In this document: one piece after another, positions 21,805 to 33,125 of the stretch
Position numbering within the stretch: the stretch's first letter is position 1
How the letters are laid out: every line of letters starts with the position of its first letter
Source: Lingula anatina
Taxonomy: Eukaryota; Animalia; Brachiopoda
Assembly: GCA_051362555.1 (NCBI GenBank)
Contig: CM120645.1
Coordinates: 10,044,001 to 10,108,000 of the forward strand
Length of the DNA stretch: 64,000 nucleotides
Direction: 5' to 3'
Notes under the pieces: model-generated
The model's database searches: none
What the model saw: only the letters and a program-made list of their open reading frames with translations
Told to the model about the DNA's origin: nothing
Program-made: the position numbers and the translations under genes

Positions 21805-23700
21805 TTGTAACGCGAGGGGTCGGGCCCGAGCGACGGCGACACCCATGCGCGGCGTGGGAACTTGGATGTTTCTTAGGGAAAGTATATCCCTGTCCTTCAG
21901 AAATAAAGAGGCAGATTTATGTTTTAATAAATTTTACTAAACGGATAAATCGACCATAAAATTCTCAAGTCAGTGGTGACTATCACATGACTTATTGTCA
22001 TAAATGTCTATAAAATTGAGAAGTTGGCGTTGCGCGTAGTGTGAGATGACATCTGAGATGGAGTCGACCTCGTTGACCGCACTGCGTTGGATGGCATCGT
22101 TAATGGAATCGGGTAGCGTGCGATGACATCAGGCATCTCTAGTAGTAACCATGTGTAGGACGGCCTCGTTGACGGTTCGCGTTAGATGACATCGTTGATG
22201 GAATTGGGTAGCGTGCGATGACATCTGGCATCTCTGGTGGTAACCATGCGTAGGACGGCCTCGTTGACGGTTCGCGTTAGATGACATCGTTGATGGAATT
22301 GGGAAGCGTGCGATGACATCTGGCATCTGTAGTGGTAACCATGTGTAGGACGGCCTCGTTGACGGTTCGCGTTAGATGACATCGTTGATGGAATTGGGTA
22401 GCGTGCGATGACATCTGGCATCTCTAGTGGTAACCATGCGTAGGACGGCCTCGTTGACGGTTCTCGTTAGATGACATCGTTGATGGAATTGGGAAGCGTG
22501 CGATGACATCTGGCATCTGTAGTGGTAACCATGCGTAGGACGACCTCGTTGACGGCACCGCGTAGATGGCATCGTTGATGGAATTGGGTAGCGTGCGACG
22601 ACATCTGGCATCTCTAGTGGTAACTAAGCGAAGGACGACCTCGTTGGCGGTTCGCGTTAGATGGCACCGTTGATGGAATTGGGAAGTGTGCGACGACATC
22701 TGGTGTCTCTGGTGGTAACTACGAAAAGGACGGCCTCGCTGACGGCACCGCGTTGGATGGCATCGTTGATGGACGTCGTTGACCCTCACTTTGTTTCTTC
22801 TTGGTATCAGCTGGCTGAATAAGGTATCTGGTGTTCCCAATGGGATAACTAAGGAAACTAAAATAAAAACTACCCCCAAGTCTCATGGAGGATTTCACCG
22901 CGCACTTGGACTGGAACATCATCAACAGCACCAAGTTGACGTCTGCGCCGATGGCGCCCCGGACCCGTACGGCCTTTCACCCGAGGATGAGATGTGCACT
23001 TCTCTTCGCCATCAAAACCAGCAGCAACCTTGGCCAGGAACCTGTCAACTGCACCCCAAGGTCTTGGCCAGGAACTTGTCAACTGCAGCCAAGGGACCAA
23101 TTCCTACATGCTGGAACCCCTCCTCACCAGGAAAAACACCTCCATATTCAGTCAGCCAACTGTCCACTTAAAAACTTAATAATGGCTAGGAGCACTTATA
23201 TTAAAGAGAGGGTGCTGCCCTCTAAAAACTCACTGATCTAACTTTGTAAAACCATAGCTAAATAAGCTTGCCAATCACCTTATTTGTTAAAAGCATAAAC
23301 CACTTGACTTAGGTAACTTAACGAATTCTCTGACCTTAGGCTTAGCACTTTATTAAAGAGAGGGTGCCACTCTCTGAAAAGCTCACAAATCCAACCTTGT
23401 ATGACCATAGTTACATAAGCTTGCCAGTCGCCTTACTTGATAAAGACATTAACTTGGCGGTATAAGTCCACCCTTCTAATTAGGTAACTTAATGAATTCT
23501 CTGACCTTAGCACTTTATTAAAGAGAGGGTGCCACTCTCTGAAAAGATCACAAATCTAACCTTGTATGACCATAGTTAAATAAGCTTGCCAGTCGCCTTA
23601 CTTGTTTAAAACTCAGAAACTAGTGGTAATTAATCTAACGAGCAAATGTCGGTAAATTTTAAATGACCCAAACATTAAAGATAATCGGTTTCCATATAGT

Positions 23701-25344
23701 AATAACCCCTTAAGGTAACTCGAGATAACTTGTCCTCTTATAGAGATAACCCCTTAAGATAACTTAAGATAACCTACAGAGATAACCTAAGATAAGCTTT
23801 GATCTCATAGAGATAACCCATTAAGATAACCTGAGATAACCTAGGATAACATGTTCTCTTATAGAGATAACCTGTAAAGATAACTTAAGATAACCTATAG
23901 AGATAACCTGAGATAACCTTTGATCTTATAGAGATAACCCATGAAGATAACCTGGGATAACCTATAGAGATAACCTAAGATAACATGTTCTCTTATAGAG
24001 ATAACCTGTTAAGATAACTTAAGATAACCTATAGAGATAACCTGAGATAACCTTTGATCTTATAGAGATAACCCATGAAGATAACCTGGGATAACCTTTG
24101 ATCTTATAGAGATAACCCATTAAGATAACCTAGGATAACCTGTAGAGATAACCTAAGATAACATGTTCTCTTATAGAGATAACCTGTTAAGATAACTTAA
24201 GATAACCTATAGAGATAACCTGAGATAACCTTTGATCTTATAGAGATAACCCATTTAGATAACCTAAGATAACCTATAGAGATAACCTAAGATAACATGT
24301 TCTCTTATAGAGATAACCTGTTAAGATAACTTAAGATAACCTATAGAGATAACCTGAGATAACCTTTGATCTTATAGAGATAACCCATGAAGATAACCTG
24401 GGATAACCTATAGAGATAACCTAAGATAACATGTTCTCTTATAGAGATAACCTGTTAAGATAACTTAAGATAACCTATAGAGATAACCTGAGATAACCTT
24501 TGATCTTATAGAGATAACCCATGAAGATAACCTGGGATAACCTTTGATCTTATAGAGATAACCCATTAAGATAACCTAGGATAACCTGTAGAGATAACCT
24601 AAGATAACATGTTCTCTTATAGAGATAACCTGTTAAGATAACTTAAGATAACCTATAGAGATAACCGGAGATAACCTTTGATCTTATAGAGATAACCCAT
24701 TAAGATAACCTAAGATAACATGTTCTCTTATAGAGATAACCTGTTAAGATAACTTAAGATAACCTACAGAGATAACCTGAGATAACCTTTGATCTTATAG
24801 AGATAACCCATGAAGATAACCTAGGATAACCTGTAGAGATAACCTAAGATAACATGTTCTCTTATAGAGATAACCTGTTAAGATAACTTAAGATAACCTA
24901 TAGAGATAACCTGAGATAACCTTTGATCTTATAGAGATAACCCATTAAGATAACCTGGGATAACCTATAGAGATAACCTAAGATAACATGTTCTCTTATA
25001 GAGATAACCTGTTAAGATAACTTAAGATAACCTATAGAGATAACCTGAGATAACCTTTGATCTTATAGAGATAACCCATGAAGATAACCTAGGATAACCT
25101 GTAGAGATAACCTAAGATAACATGTTCTCTTATAGAGATAACCTGTTAAGATAACTTAAGATAACCTATAGAGATAACCTGAGATAACCTTTGATCTTAT
25201 AGAGATAACCCATTAAGATAACCTGGGATAACCTATAGAGATAACCTAAGATAACATGTTCTCTTATAGAGATAACCTGTTAAGATAACTTAAGATAACC
25301 TATAGAGATAACCTGAGATAACCTTTGATCTCCTAGCGATAACT
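23701..25344. repeat. GATAAC minisatellite in the 5' LTR (11 higher-order units)
   Basis: Same structure as 13705-15103 with two more units (111 + 134 bp). Confidence 0.93.
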
Positions 25345-25744
25345 ACAGTAACATAGACGAACAGGTAAAAGAGAAGAAGAAAAAAAAAATTAACTGAACA
25401 TCACTTAATTACTTGCACAGGGAGTGCAAAACAACAGAAGCGGGTAATTAGTGGTGAAAAACGGTTAATAGTAAAAAAAAGGGAGGTCATGGGGAAGCTA
25501 CGCGAAATATCTAAATAGAGACCGTAACTTCGATCTAGCAACTACTACAAGTTGAACTTGCTAAAATTAGATAAAGTTTCATTAAATTCAGTTCCAAACT
25601 ACATAGAAAATGGCTAATGACAGGCGGGTTACCCCCGCGGGGGCACCCTCTAAATAAAATCTAACTCACTGGTACTATAGGCTGTTGATTCTGTCGAGAG
25701 GGGAGTCAGCTTTTCGAAGAACCCCCGCTTTGGCTCTGCAGCCC

Positions 25745-25767
25745 TATTTATAGACTCCGTTACGTCA
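25745..25767 (-). promoter_or_regulatory. Putative LTR promoter: TATA box with upstream CRE-like site
   Basis: Minus strand reads TGACGTAACGGAGTC-TATAAATA about 340 bp from the LTR start. Copy at 15504-15526. Confidence 0.6.
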
Positions 25768-27224
25768 TGCTCGCGCTGCGGTCAAAGGTCGAAGGTCGCG
25801 ACCTAACAGCATGGCCGCTCTGCATGGAAGTGTCACTAACTTGTGTATTGTAGATTTAGCGCGGTATTTCCATTATTTGGGATTTAAATGAAGAATTAAC
25901 CTATGGGTTTAGTTGGATAAACTCCAGGACATATGTCTCTAAGGAAAAACGAAGTCTTAGGTAAGATTTAATGTAAAATTATTGAAGAAAAGTAGATTCC
26001 GGTCATAGCAGACGATCGTGCAGCACATGTTTACATTGTTTCTAATGATTTTAAATAGCAGATTCGTGGCTCCTGTGACCCCCTTTGTTACAATATTTAC
26101 GGCAATGGAAAATGTGGCACTGGCAAAAGTGGGTCTAGGTGCGTGGACCTGCCGCACAGGTGTCCCCAACATTAACCGCTGCCAGAGAATCCCGAAGCAT
26201 TAAACTACACAACCTGTAGATATTTGAAATTTGGCCAAAGTTAAGTAAATGAGGCTTTATTAGATTTGGGTAGAAATAGAGAGGAATGTCCAGTGACATG
26301 CCAAACCCCTAAGTTTAAGTCTTGGCCTTTGACACCTGTAACGCACCCCTTAGTCAAGAATCTGAACAAATCAACGTTGGGCAGGTATGCTTTGTTTTCT
26401 ACTGGCGCTTTTGTGATTTTATCAACTTGATTGTCCAGTGCCAGACCTTTTGTTCCCAGGTACTAGTAGCAAACTTTATCAGATAACAATCTGACACTAA
26501 CCACGCTGTACTAACAGCGCCGTAAACCCAGTTATCAATGCTGTCATCTTTACCTGTATCTCTATCGGTATTATACCAGTGGTACGTCCGATATATATAT
26601 CAGTAAGGAAATATGCTGTGATGCTTATATTTATTTGTAATACGTTAGCATCAGCCTGTTCATAAAAACTTGGAACCTTTCAGTATTATTACACAATAAC
26701 AGTATATTGACATCATGGGAGTTGTTATGATTAAATGCTTAGAAGAAATAATAAAAACAGATTACGTAAAATAAAAAATGAATTAATTTTATTTGAGTTA
26801 TTTTTTTTCAAACCAATTAATTATCAAACATGAATATTATTTTCAGAAACATCAACATATATTACTGCATTATAAATCTGCTGGTACACAGATCTACAGT
26901 TCTAAAATGCAAATACCAAGTACCTTTCACACACAAACGATGACATGTAAATAGTCATATGTATAAAGTAGTAAAAATTTCACAAAATGTGTGTAGGCAA
27001 GATATTTCTACAAGTAACCTCATTAATCAGTCAGGAAACTTCATAATGCCCTCAATAAATGTAGAAATTTGAGCAAGAGAAATTCTACATACATGTGTAC
27101 AGGCATGACAGATTTACCATATATTGCCACCAACCTTAAACTGAATGGGCATTTTAAAGAACAAAGTGAGTTAAAAATGAATAAGTAATAAAAAACAGAT
27201 ACTGTCATTCTTAACACTGAAAAA

Positions 27225-28421
27225 CAATGGCACCTTGCAGCCTTCACTGCCTCACTATTTGCAAACAATGTTCTAGTCACTGTCACTGTGTACTTTTGAT
27301 GAGGCATAGATGCAAGGATAACTCCTTTGAATTATATTGTGGAGGTCTTTTTTGTCATCAATCTGACACATATAACCTGAATGTACATATTGCAATTCAC
27401 ACCGCAGCGGCTTGTCTTAGTAAGGACTCAGCCAGTTGAAAACTTGTGGCACAGTTTCAGGGACAGGATCACACAAACTACCCTTGCAGTGATGATGGAT
27501 CTACTAGTACATTATCTGTGTCTTGTCCACCTAGTTTCTCTAATACTATTTCCCCTGATCTATGCTCACATCAATCTCTACAGCTTTACCAACTTCTACG
27601 CAGTTTTTGCATCTGAAAGTATAAAGCAAAAATGTAATAAAGCACTATCAATTTACTTGTTATATATTTATATTTCAGGGTGAGAGAAAAAAGGCAGAAA
27701 CCGCATATCATAATCAATATAATTGAAAATCAAATATGTATAATCAAATAGCTTTAATTGCACATACTAGTGATGATTCAATCTTTTAAAATTCAGCATG
27801 AATTTTGACTCTCTCTTGTTAAAGCATGGCCACTTTATCAAAATGTGCTTGATCAAATAATAATAATGGTAATAATAATAACCTGCACACATAAATGTAA
27901 TGGTCAACTGGCACAAAAATGAGTTGATATGTACTTGGCAGCCTGAGAAATAATATCAGGTATTAATTTGAGCAGCAATAATAGCAATAATACCACAGAG
28001 TTATCAACGACACAAGCATATGATATGGTGTTATATAGCAAAATTTCATGCATAACTTGCTGTAGCCGTGTCCTCCTCAAACTATCGTGCACATCAGCTT
28101 TTGATTTTCAATGTCATCAAAATGTTACATTGTTGTTGGTAAGATCTATGTATCTGCTATTCAAATAGTATCGTTTGGAGAATAACTAAAAATTTTAATT
28201 ATGCTTTTGCAACACGAAATTATCATTAACTTTGCCGGTTCACGTGTAGGCCCCTACACAGTACCTTGCTATCAATGCTGCTCTTTTCTCCCCAACTCGC
28301 CACTGACATGCTAACCACATCGTTCCAAAACAAAGTTGGCATGATCCTTTACTTTTGGTGTTGGCAGTTTCGCCCCGGGAACATCGTCTTCGGTTAAAAA
28401 CAACGTATCGTATTCACCCAT
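27225..28421 (-). pseudogene. Decayed exons of a SAP/SWIM-containing transposon ORF (ISL2EU YqaJ-type ORF-like)
   Basis: MGEYDTLFLTEDDVPGAKL...ER(WLAC)..AALIA followed by a GT donor; FKGVILASM..KYTVTV..AVKAARCHC. Contains frameshifts and stops. Confidence 0.45.
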
Positions 28422-29080
28422 CTTTGCATTGCTCCTGTACAAAATGTCCGCTTGCTGCCCCCCAAGGGAAAAATCGTAGCACGTGGGTAGTAACGCAAGA
28501 CCTGTGACGTATAATGCGCGCGACCTTATTGGGCACAGCAGAAGTTTATGGGTCAGCATTAACTACGTAAGGGTTAAAAAAAAATTGACTGTCTTTTGTG
28601 GAAAGCTGGCTGTTAAAGTAGAGACTAGACGTCTCTTTATGGAAAGTCTGTTACACAATACTGCTTTATTTTTCAGTAGATTTTGTGCATGTATGTTTTT
28701 TTTTAAAATACTTTACCTTCTCAAAAGACTCTTTTCTTGTGTCTCTATGCTGCTGCTGTCATCTGTAAGAAAATTAAAGACAAACTACAGTTAGACATTG
28801 CTGATGATTATGTTGCTTGAGACCATGACCTCTGACATTGTGATCCTTCCCATGAGGCATTGGTTATAATGGTTCTGATGTTAAGTAAAGTTTAATGTAA
28901 TGAACATGTGAATATTGTGTTGTTGTTCCACATACACAGTTGCGCTATCTGGTCCATACCAAACTGGAACCAAGATCAAAAGACATACCACATGTAATGA
29001 GTGTTAACATAGTACGTACTTACAGCTCTGTAGAAAACATGTCTTTTGTCTAAACAAGTAACAAAGACAAAACACAGTAA

Positions 29081-32000
29081 CAAGGCAGCAAAGCTGTCAA
29101 ATGTACAGACAAAAAGCAGAAAAAAATAATGCACAAAATAGCTAACTGTCAATTCTGATGCAAAAATACATTACGATTAAAGCAATAATAACTCTTCCTT
29201 TGAGATTCAAAATTCCGCAAGAAATACATTCTAAACAACACATGGAAATATATTATATTGCATTTCACCAATAAAACGGCTGTTATTGTAGTAAAACTAA
29301 TAACTGTCCTTGTCAATAGGGCTTTTGTTGCCTTTCTTCCCGGTCGTCAAGGCATCCATTGCCAAGGATGTTGGCGCATCACGCGGATTCTCACGTGCAT
29401 TCGAGACCAAATTAACATGTGGCGGGATAAGATATAGCAAGCGCATGACACAATCCTCGGACATAAGTTGCGAGTTTTTGTACAGTGTGTCGGATGATAA
29501 AAAGCCCAGAACTGCACACATTGTAGATATAAATGCATTCTGAGCAATAAGACGATTATATTGTATGAATCTTATTTTATTGTAATAAAGTGTTGTTGTT
29601 GTCTGCTTTTCTCGCGGTTTTAAGTAGGTCATCAGAAAACCCCGCTCAATATCGCGTGACTTGCAATGTGAGAGTGCTCAGTCACTCAGAGATTTTAACA
29701 AAAAACCAAGCGTTTAGGAAAAAAACCCTGGACTAACTTTGAATGCAGGAATGGGGTCGTTGACCATTGGTAAGTACCGGAAAATTGCCGTTTACGCCAG
29801 GAAAATCCAATTTTTGGCCAAAATGAAGAGTTATTATGACTTTAAGCAAAGTTAACATCAAATTTTCGATGTATGTAAAATTTGTAACTAACATATAAGG
29901 CTTCAGGCCCATGAAAATTCAAGTGCATACTTTGAAAGTGCCAGAAATAGAAAATGAAAATTTCATACATTTAAGAAAAATAATAACCCAATGAAACTGG
30001 TTTTCCAATTTGACCTCTATATCAATCTATGAACCATTCTTTTAAGTTACAAAATAATAAGTAACACAGTTTTCCTTTCACAACATTTGAGGTGGCAGTG
30101 CACAAAGTAGGTTTTTTAACAATTTTAATGCAATATTACATAATGATTAACAGCATAATCAACACCAATTTTTAATTACCTTCTATAGAAAACACTGACT
30201 TTCAGAAAATGTAAATACCATTCCGCTTAATGTCTGTTGTCCCACAGTGAAAATCCCAATATGTGAAAAATAAAAAATTCACAAAGAACTAAAGAGCTTC
30301 CAGAAAAAAGAATACGATCACATTGTTTTTTCAACTCAAGCTACACATGAGGCCCATGAATATTTTCAGAATATTTGAGAATCTTGAGTAACATGGTTTT
30401 CCCTTAATGGTCATCATGGCGGCAGTGTCCAAAATAGCATTTTTGTCATTTTTGATGCAACATTACATAATTCTAAACAGCATAATGGCCATCAATTTTT
30501 AATATTAAAATTAAATTAGCATCGATATTCAGAAAATGTGACTAGCAGAAGTCCTCAAGCCCATGGAGGTTCAAAGTCAAACCTTGAAAATGCCAATTAT
30601 CATGTTATCGCTGTTGCATATGTCATGCTCCTTTATAAATAATTTATGTGTAACCTTGCTTATGCATAATTAATGTTGTAAAACAGTACATGCTAAGAGA
30701 AGGTAACAATACTTGCTAAGAGAAGGTAACAATTAAAGATTCGGAATACAAAAATATTTCCTCATATGTGATGTATAAGAAGCTGGGCTACCAGCAGGTG
30801 AGGGTGAAGAATAAAGGGCTCTAACCGAGGAGATCTCTACACTTAGACCTAAATTAGATATTGCGTGGGGTGATGTCCATTGACCAATGTGACAACTGGG
30901 TTCGGCTTCACCCTCCCCACATCAATAGAACTCGGTGTACTTACCCAATGGAGCTTAAAGAACATCACCCAAAAACCGTTCGATACCCATTTGGTAGCCT
31001 TACACCATGGCTACATTCACTACATACCAATCCACAAAAATTGATTCTGTTTTAACCGCCTGTATTGTGTGTACCATGTATATAAATATATAATTAATTT
31101 TCTTGTAAATATTAGAAAGCATTCATCCATACGAGATAGATAATTCCGCTTGCCCGGACATTGCCTCTCTGTCAATCCCGGAGTCTCAGGATCCTCCTCT
31201 GTATTTATTTAGATATTAATAAGATGCATATTATGATATAACCTATCATCTTATAGTCTTCATAGTGTATTGTATGGTAGTGTAATGTGTTGAATGATAG
31301 TAACTGCATTGTTTATATAATATCTTTTGTACTGTATTCTATTTTTCATAAATTATACAGTAATTTAGTGCATTGTTTATAGTCTTTCATAGTGTATTGC
31401 ACTGTAGTGTTATGTGTTGAATGATAGTTACTGCATTGATTATATAATATCTCGTTATACTGTATTGTATTTGTCATAAATCACATAGTAATGTAGTGCA
31501 TTGTATTGTATAGTGTTAGTTTCGGGGCACAAAAACCTAAGTGCCGGGGGGAGCCCTGTCATGCTCCTTTATAAATAATTAATGTGTAACTTTCCTTATG
31601 CATAATTACCGTATGTATAATTAATGTGTAACCTTGCTTATGCATAATTAATGTTGTAAAACAGTACATGCTAACAGAAGGTAACAATACTTGCTAAGAG
31701 AAGGTAGCAATTAAAGATTCGGAATACAAAAATATTTCCTCATATGTGATGTATAAGAAGCTGGGCTACCAGCAGGTGAGGGTGAAGAATAAAGGGCTCT
31801 AACCGAGGAGATCTCTAGTTGTTGTTTCTGACTGTGAAACATATATGCTGAAAAAAAATAAAAAAATAATAATAATAAAAAACAGCATAACTTTTAAGAA
31901 AATGGCTTGATCATGCTGATTTGCAAACTTGAACATTCATCAGTTCTGTAAGTTTCATGCCAAAAGGTAAAAAGGTTTTCCACTTCTTGTGTTATCAGCG

Positions 32001-32089
32001 GAAGTGCACATTGACGTCGATGCCCATGATGTCGACAATGACAGACGCATGTGACAGCTGTATGTACAGACATATCTGTGTCTGTACAT
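29081..32089 (-). mobile_element. HINE family-2 element with nested insertion(s)
   Basis: Left end CAAGGCAGC-AAA-GCTGTC plus sub-TIR TGTACAGACA; right end hairpin TGTACAGACA-TATC-TGTGTCTGTACA. Homologous to 47749-50268. Confidence 0.65.
30621..31839 (+). mobile_element. Small internally deleted LTR element (TRIM-like)
   Basis: Direct repeats 30621-30839 (truncated) and 31557-31839 start TGTCA. GGGGGGAG PPT-like run before the right repeat. CATA duplicated at 30617-30620 and 31840-31843, restoring the host GTTGCATATATGCTG. Confidence 0.7.
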
Positions 32090-33125
32090 AGAAAGATAAA
32101 TTAAACGGTAACTGCCACAAACTAAAGATAATTTTAAATTGGCATTTGATCCACGAAGAGACCATTACAATTGAAGTTCTGCTACAGAGCACTTCAACAT
32201 AACATTATTGATCACTCTAAAATTTTTACCTAGACTGTTGTTTTGATATTATATCCTACTTTAAAGAAAGAAAACTTTAACGTAATTGAATACTTATAAA
32301 CATATGGTTTGATTAATTTAATTGTACCACCAGCGTTAGCGCTGGCGGTATACATGGTTTTAGTCCCGTCCGGTCTGTTCCGCCGGCTCCGCCGGCTCCT
32401 GCGACTCCGCCGGCTCCGCCGCCATGTTACCGTTACCGCTTCTCCTCCTAGACGGTAAGGGCCCCCATACCCATCTCTTGGATTTAGGTCACCTATAATC
32501 TCAACTCGTTCCACGTAAAATTTGGGCTTTGTCGGTATTGGGGTCTAGGTGTGGCACTCATTGCAATGCACCCTTGTCCAAAAATGGCAAAATTAAATGC
32601 TAATTATCTACCCTACGGAAGGAATTATGGGAAAAATTTCTACAGACGGCTTTCCAAAAGTCATATGTGTAGATTTCAAATATGCCCTTGGATTTGACCT
32701 TTGACCTTTATTTCAAGGTCAAACGGGCAAAAATTTTCAAAAAAATGAATTTTTTTACGAAAAAAAATTTATGTGCGCTGTTATTCAGACACCACACAGA
32801 CTTAACCAATAATATTATTGGAAAATGTTACCCTTCAGGTCATCTTTCATCTGTGTGAATTTGGGGTCAAACGGTGCATTTTCACGGGTGTAGCGGCCAT
32901 AAGATACCGAAACTGAAAACTGTCTCTAATTCGGGAACCGTTAATGCTAGAGACCCATTCTTTTTTGCATTTTGTAGAGCATGTAAAGCCCAACACTGGA
33001 GGTGGTCTCCGTTTTTTTGTATTCCATACGGTTTTTGAGTTACGCTGTACCAAAAAGTACATATTGGTGGTGAAAGCAAAATGTGCAGTACGGTAATGGA
33101 TAATAAATTTTGAACTCTGGAAAAA

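Larger units (their letters stand above)
11810..26092 (-). mobile_element. Full-length Ty3/gypsy LTR retrotransposon (14,283 bp)
   Basis: Two near-identical LTRs with TGTAAC...GTTACA ends, ATAT TSD (11806-11809, 26093-26096), PBS, PPT, intact gag, and pol in PR-RT-RH-IN order. Confidence 0.98.
21806..26092 (-). repeat. 5' LTR (4287 bp)
   Basis: Matches the 3' LTR apart from a few substitutions and 245 extra bp in the GATAAC array. Confidence 0.96.
11630..28527. mobile_element. Degenerate ISL2EU-like (Harbinger-related) DNA transposon of about 2.6 kb, split by the gypsy insertion
   Basis: Perfect 11-bp TIR AAGGTCGCGCG / CGCGCGACCTT with AT on both sides. GGGGGGCAGCA lies about 70 bp inside both ends. 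Decayed SAP-like and SWIM-like exons on the minus strand. Confidence 0.55.

Noticed and set aside
21668-21805. Gag N-terminal extension from the ATG at 21805
   Set aside because: This ATG overlaps the LTR/PBS junction; MATNGK at 21667 is the more plausible start.
28717-28762. Possible further micro-exon of the Roco gene (another at about 32230-32258)
   Set aside because: Splice signals are present but phases do not chain cleanly, and one has an in-frame stop; needs RNA data.
29297-29632. 111-aa ORF in a CpG-richer patch
   Set aside because: No recognisable domain or termini; probably a fragment of another element.
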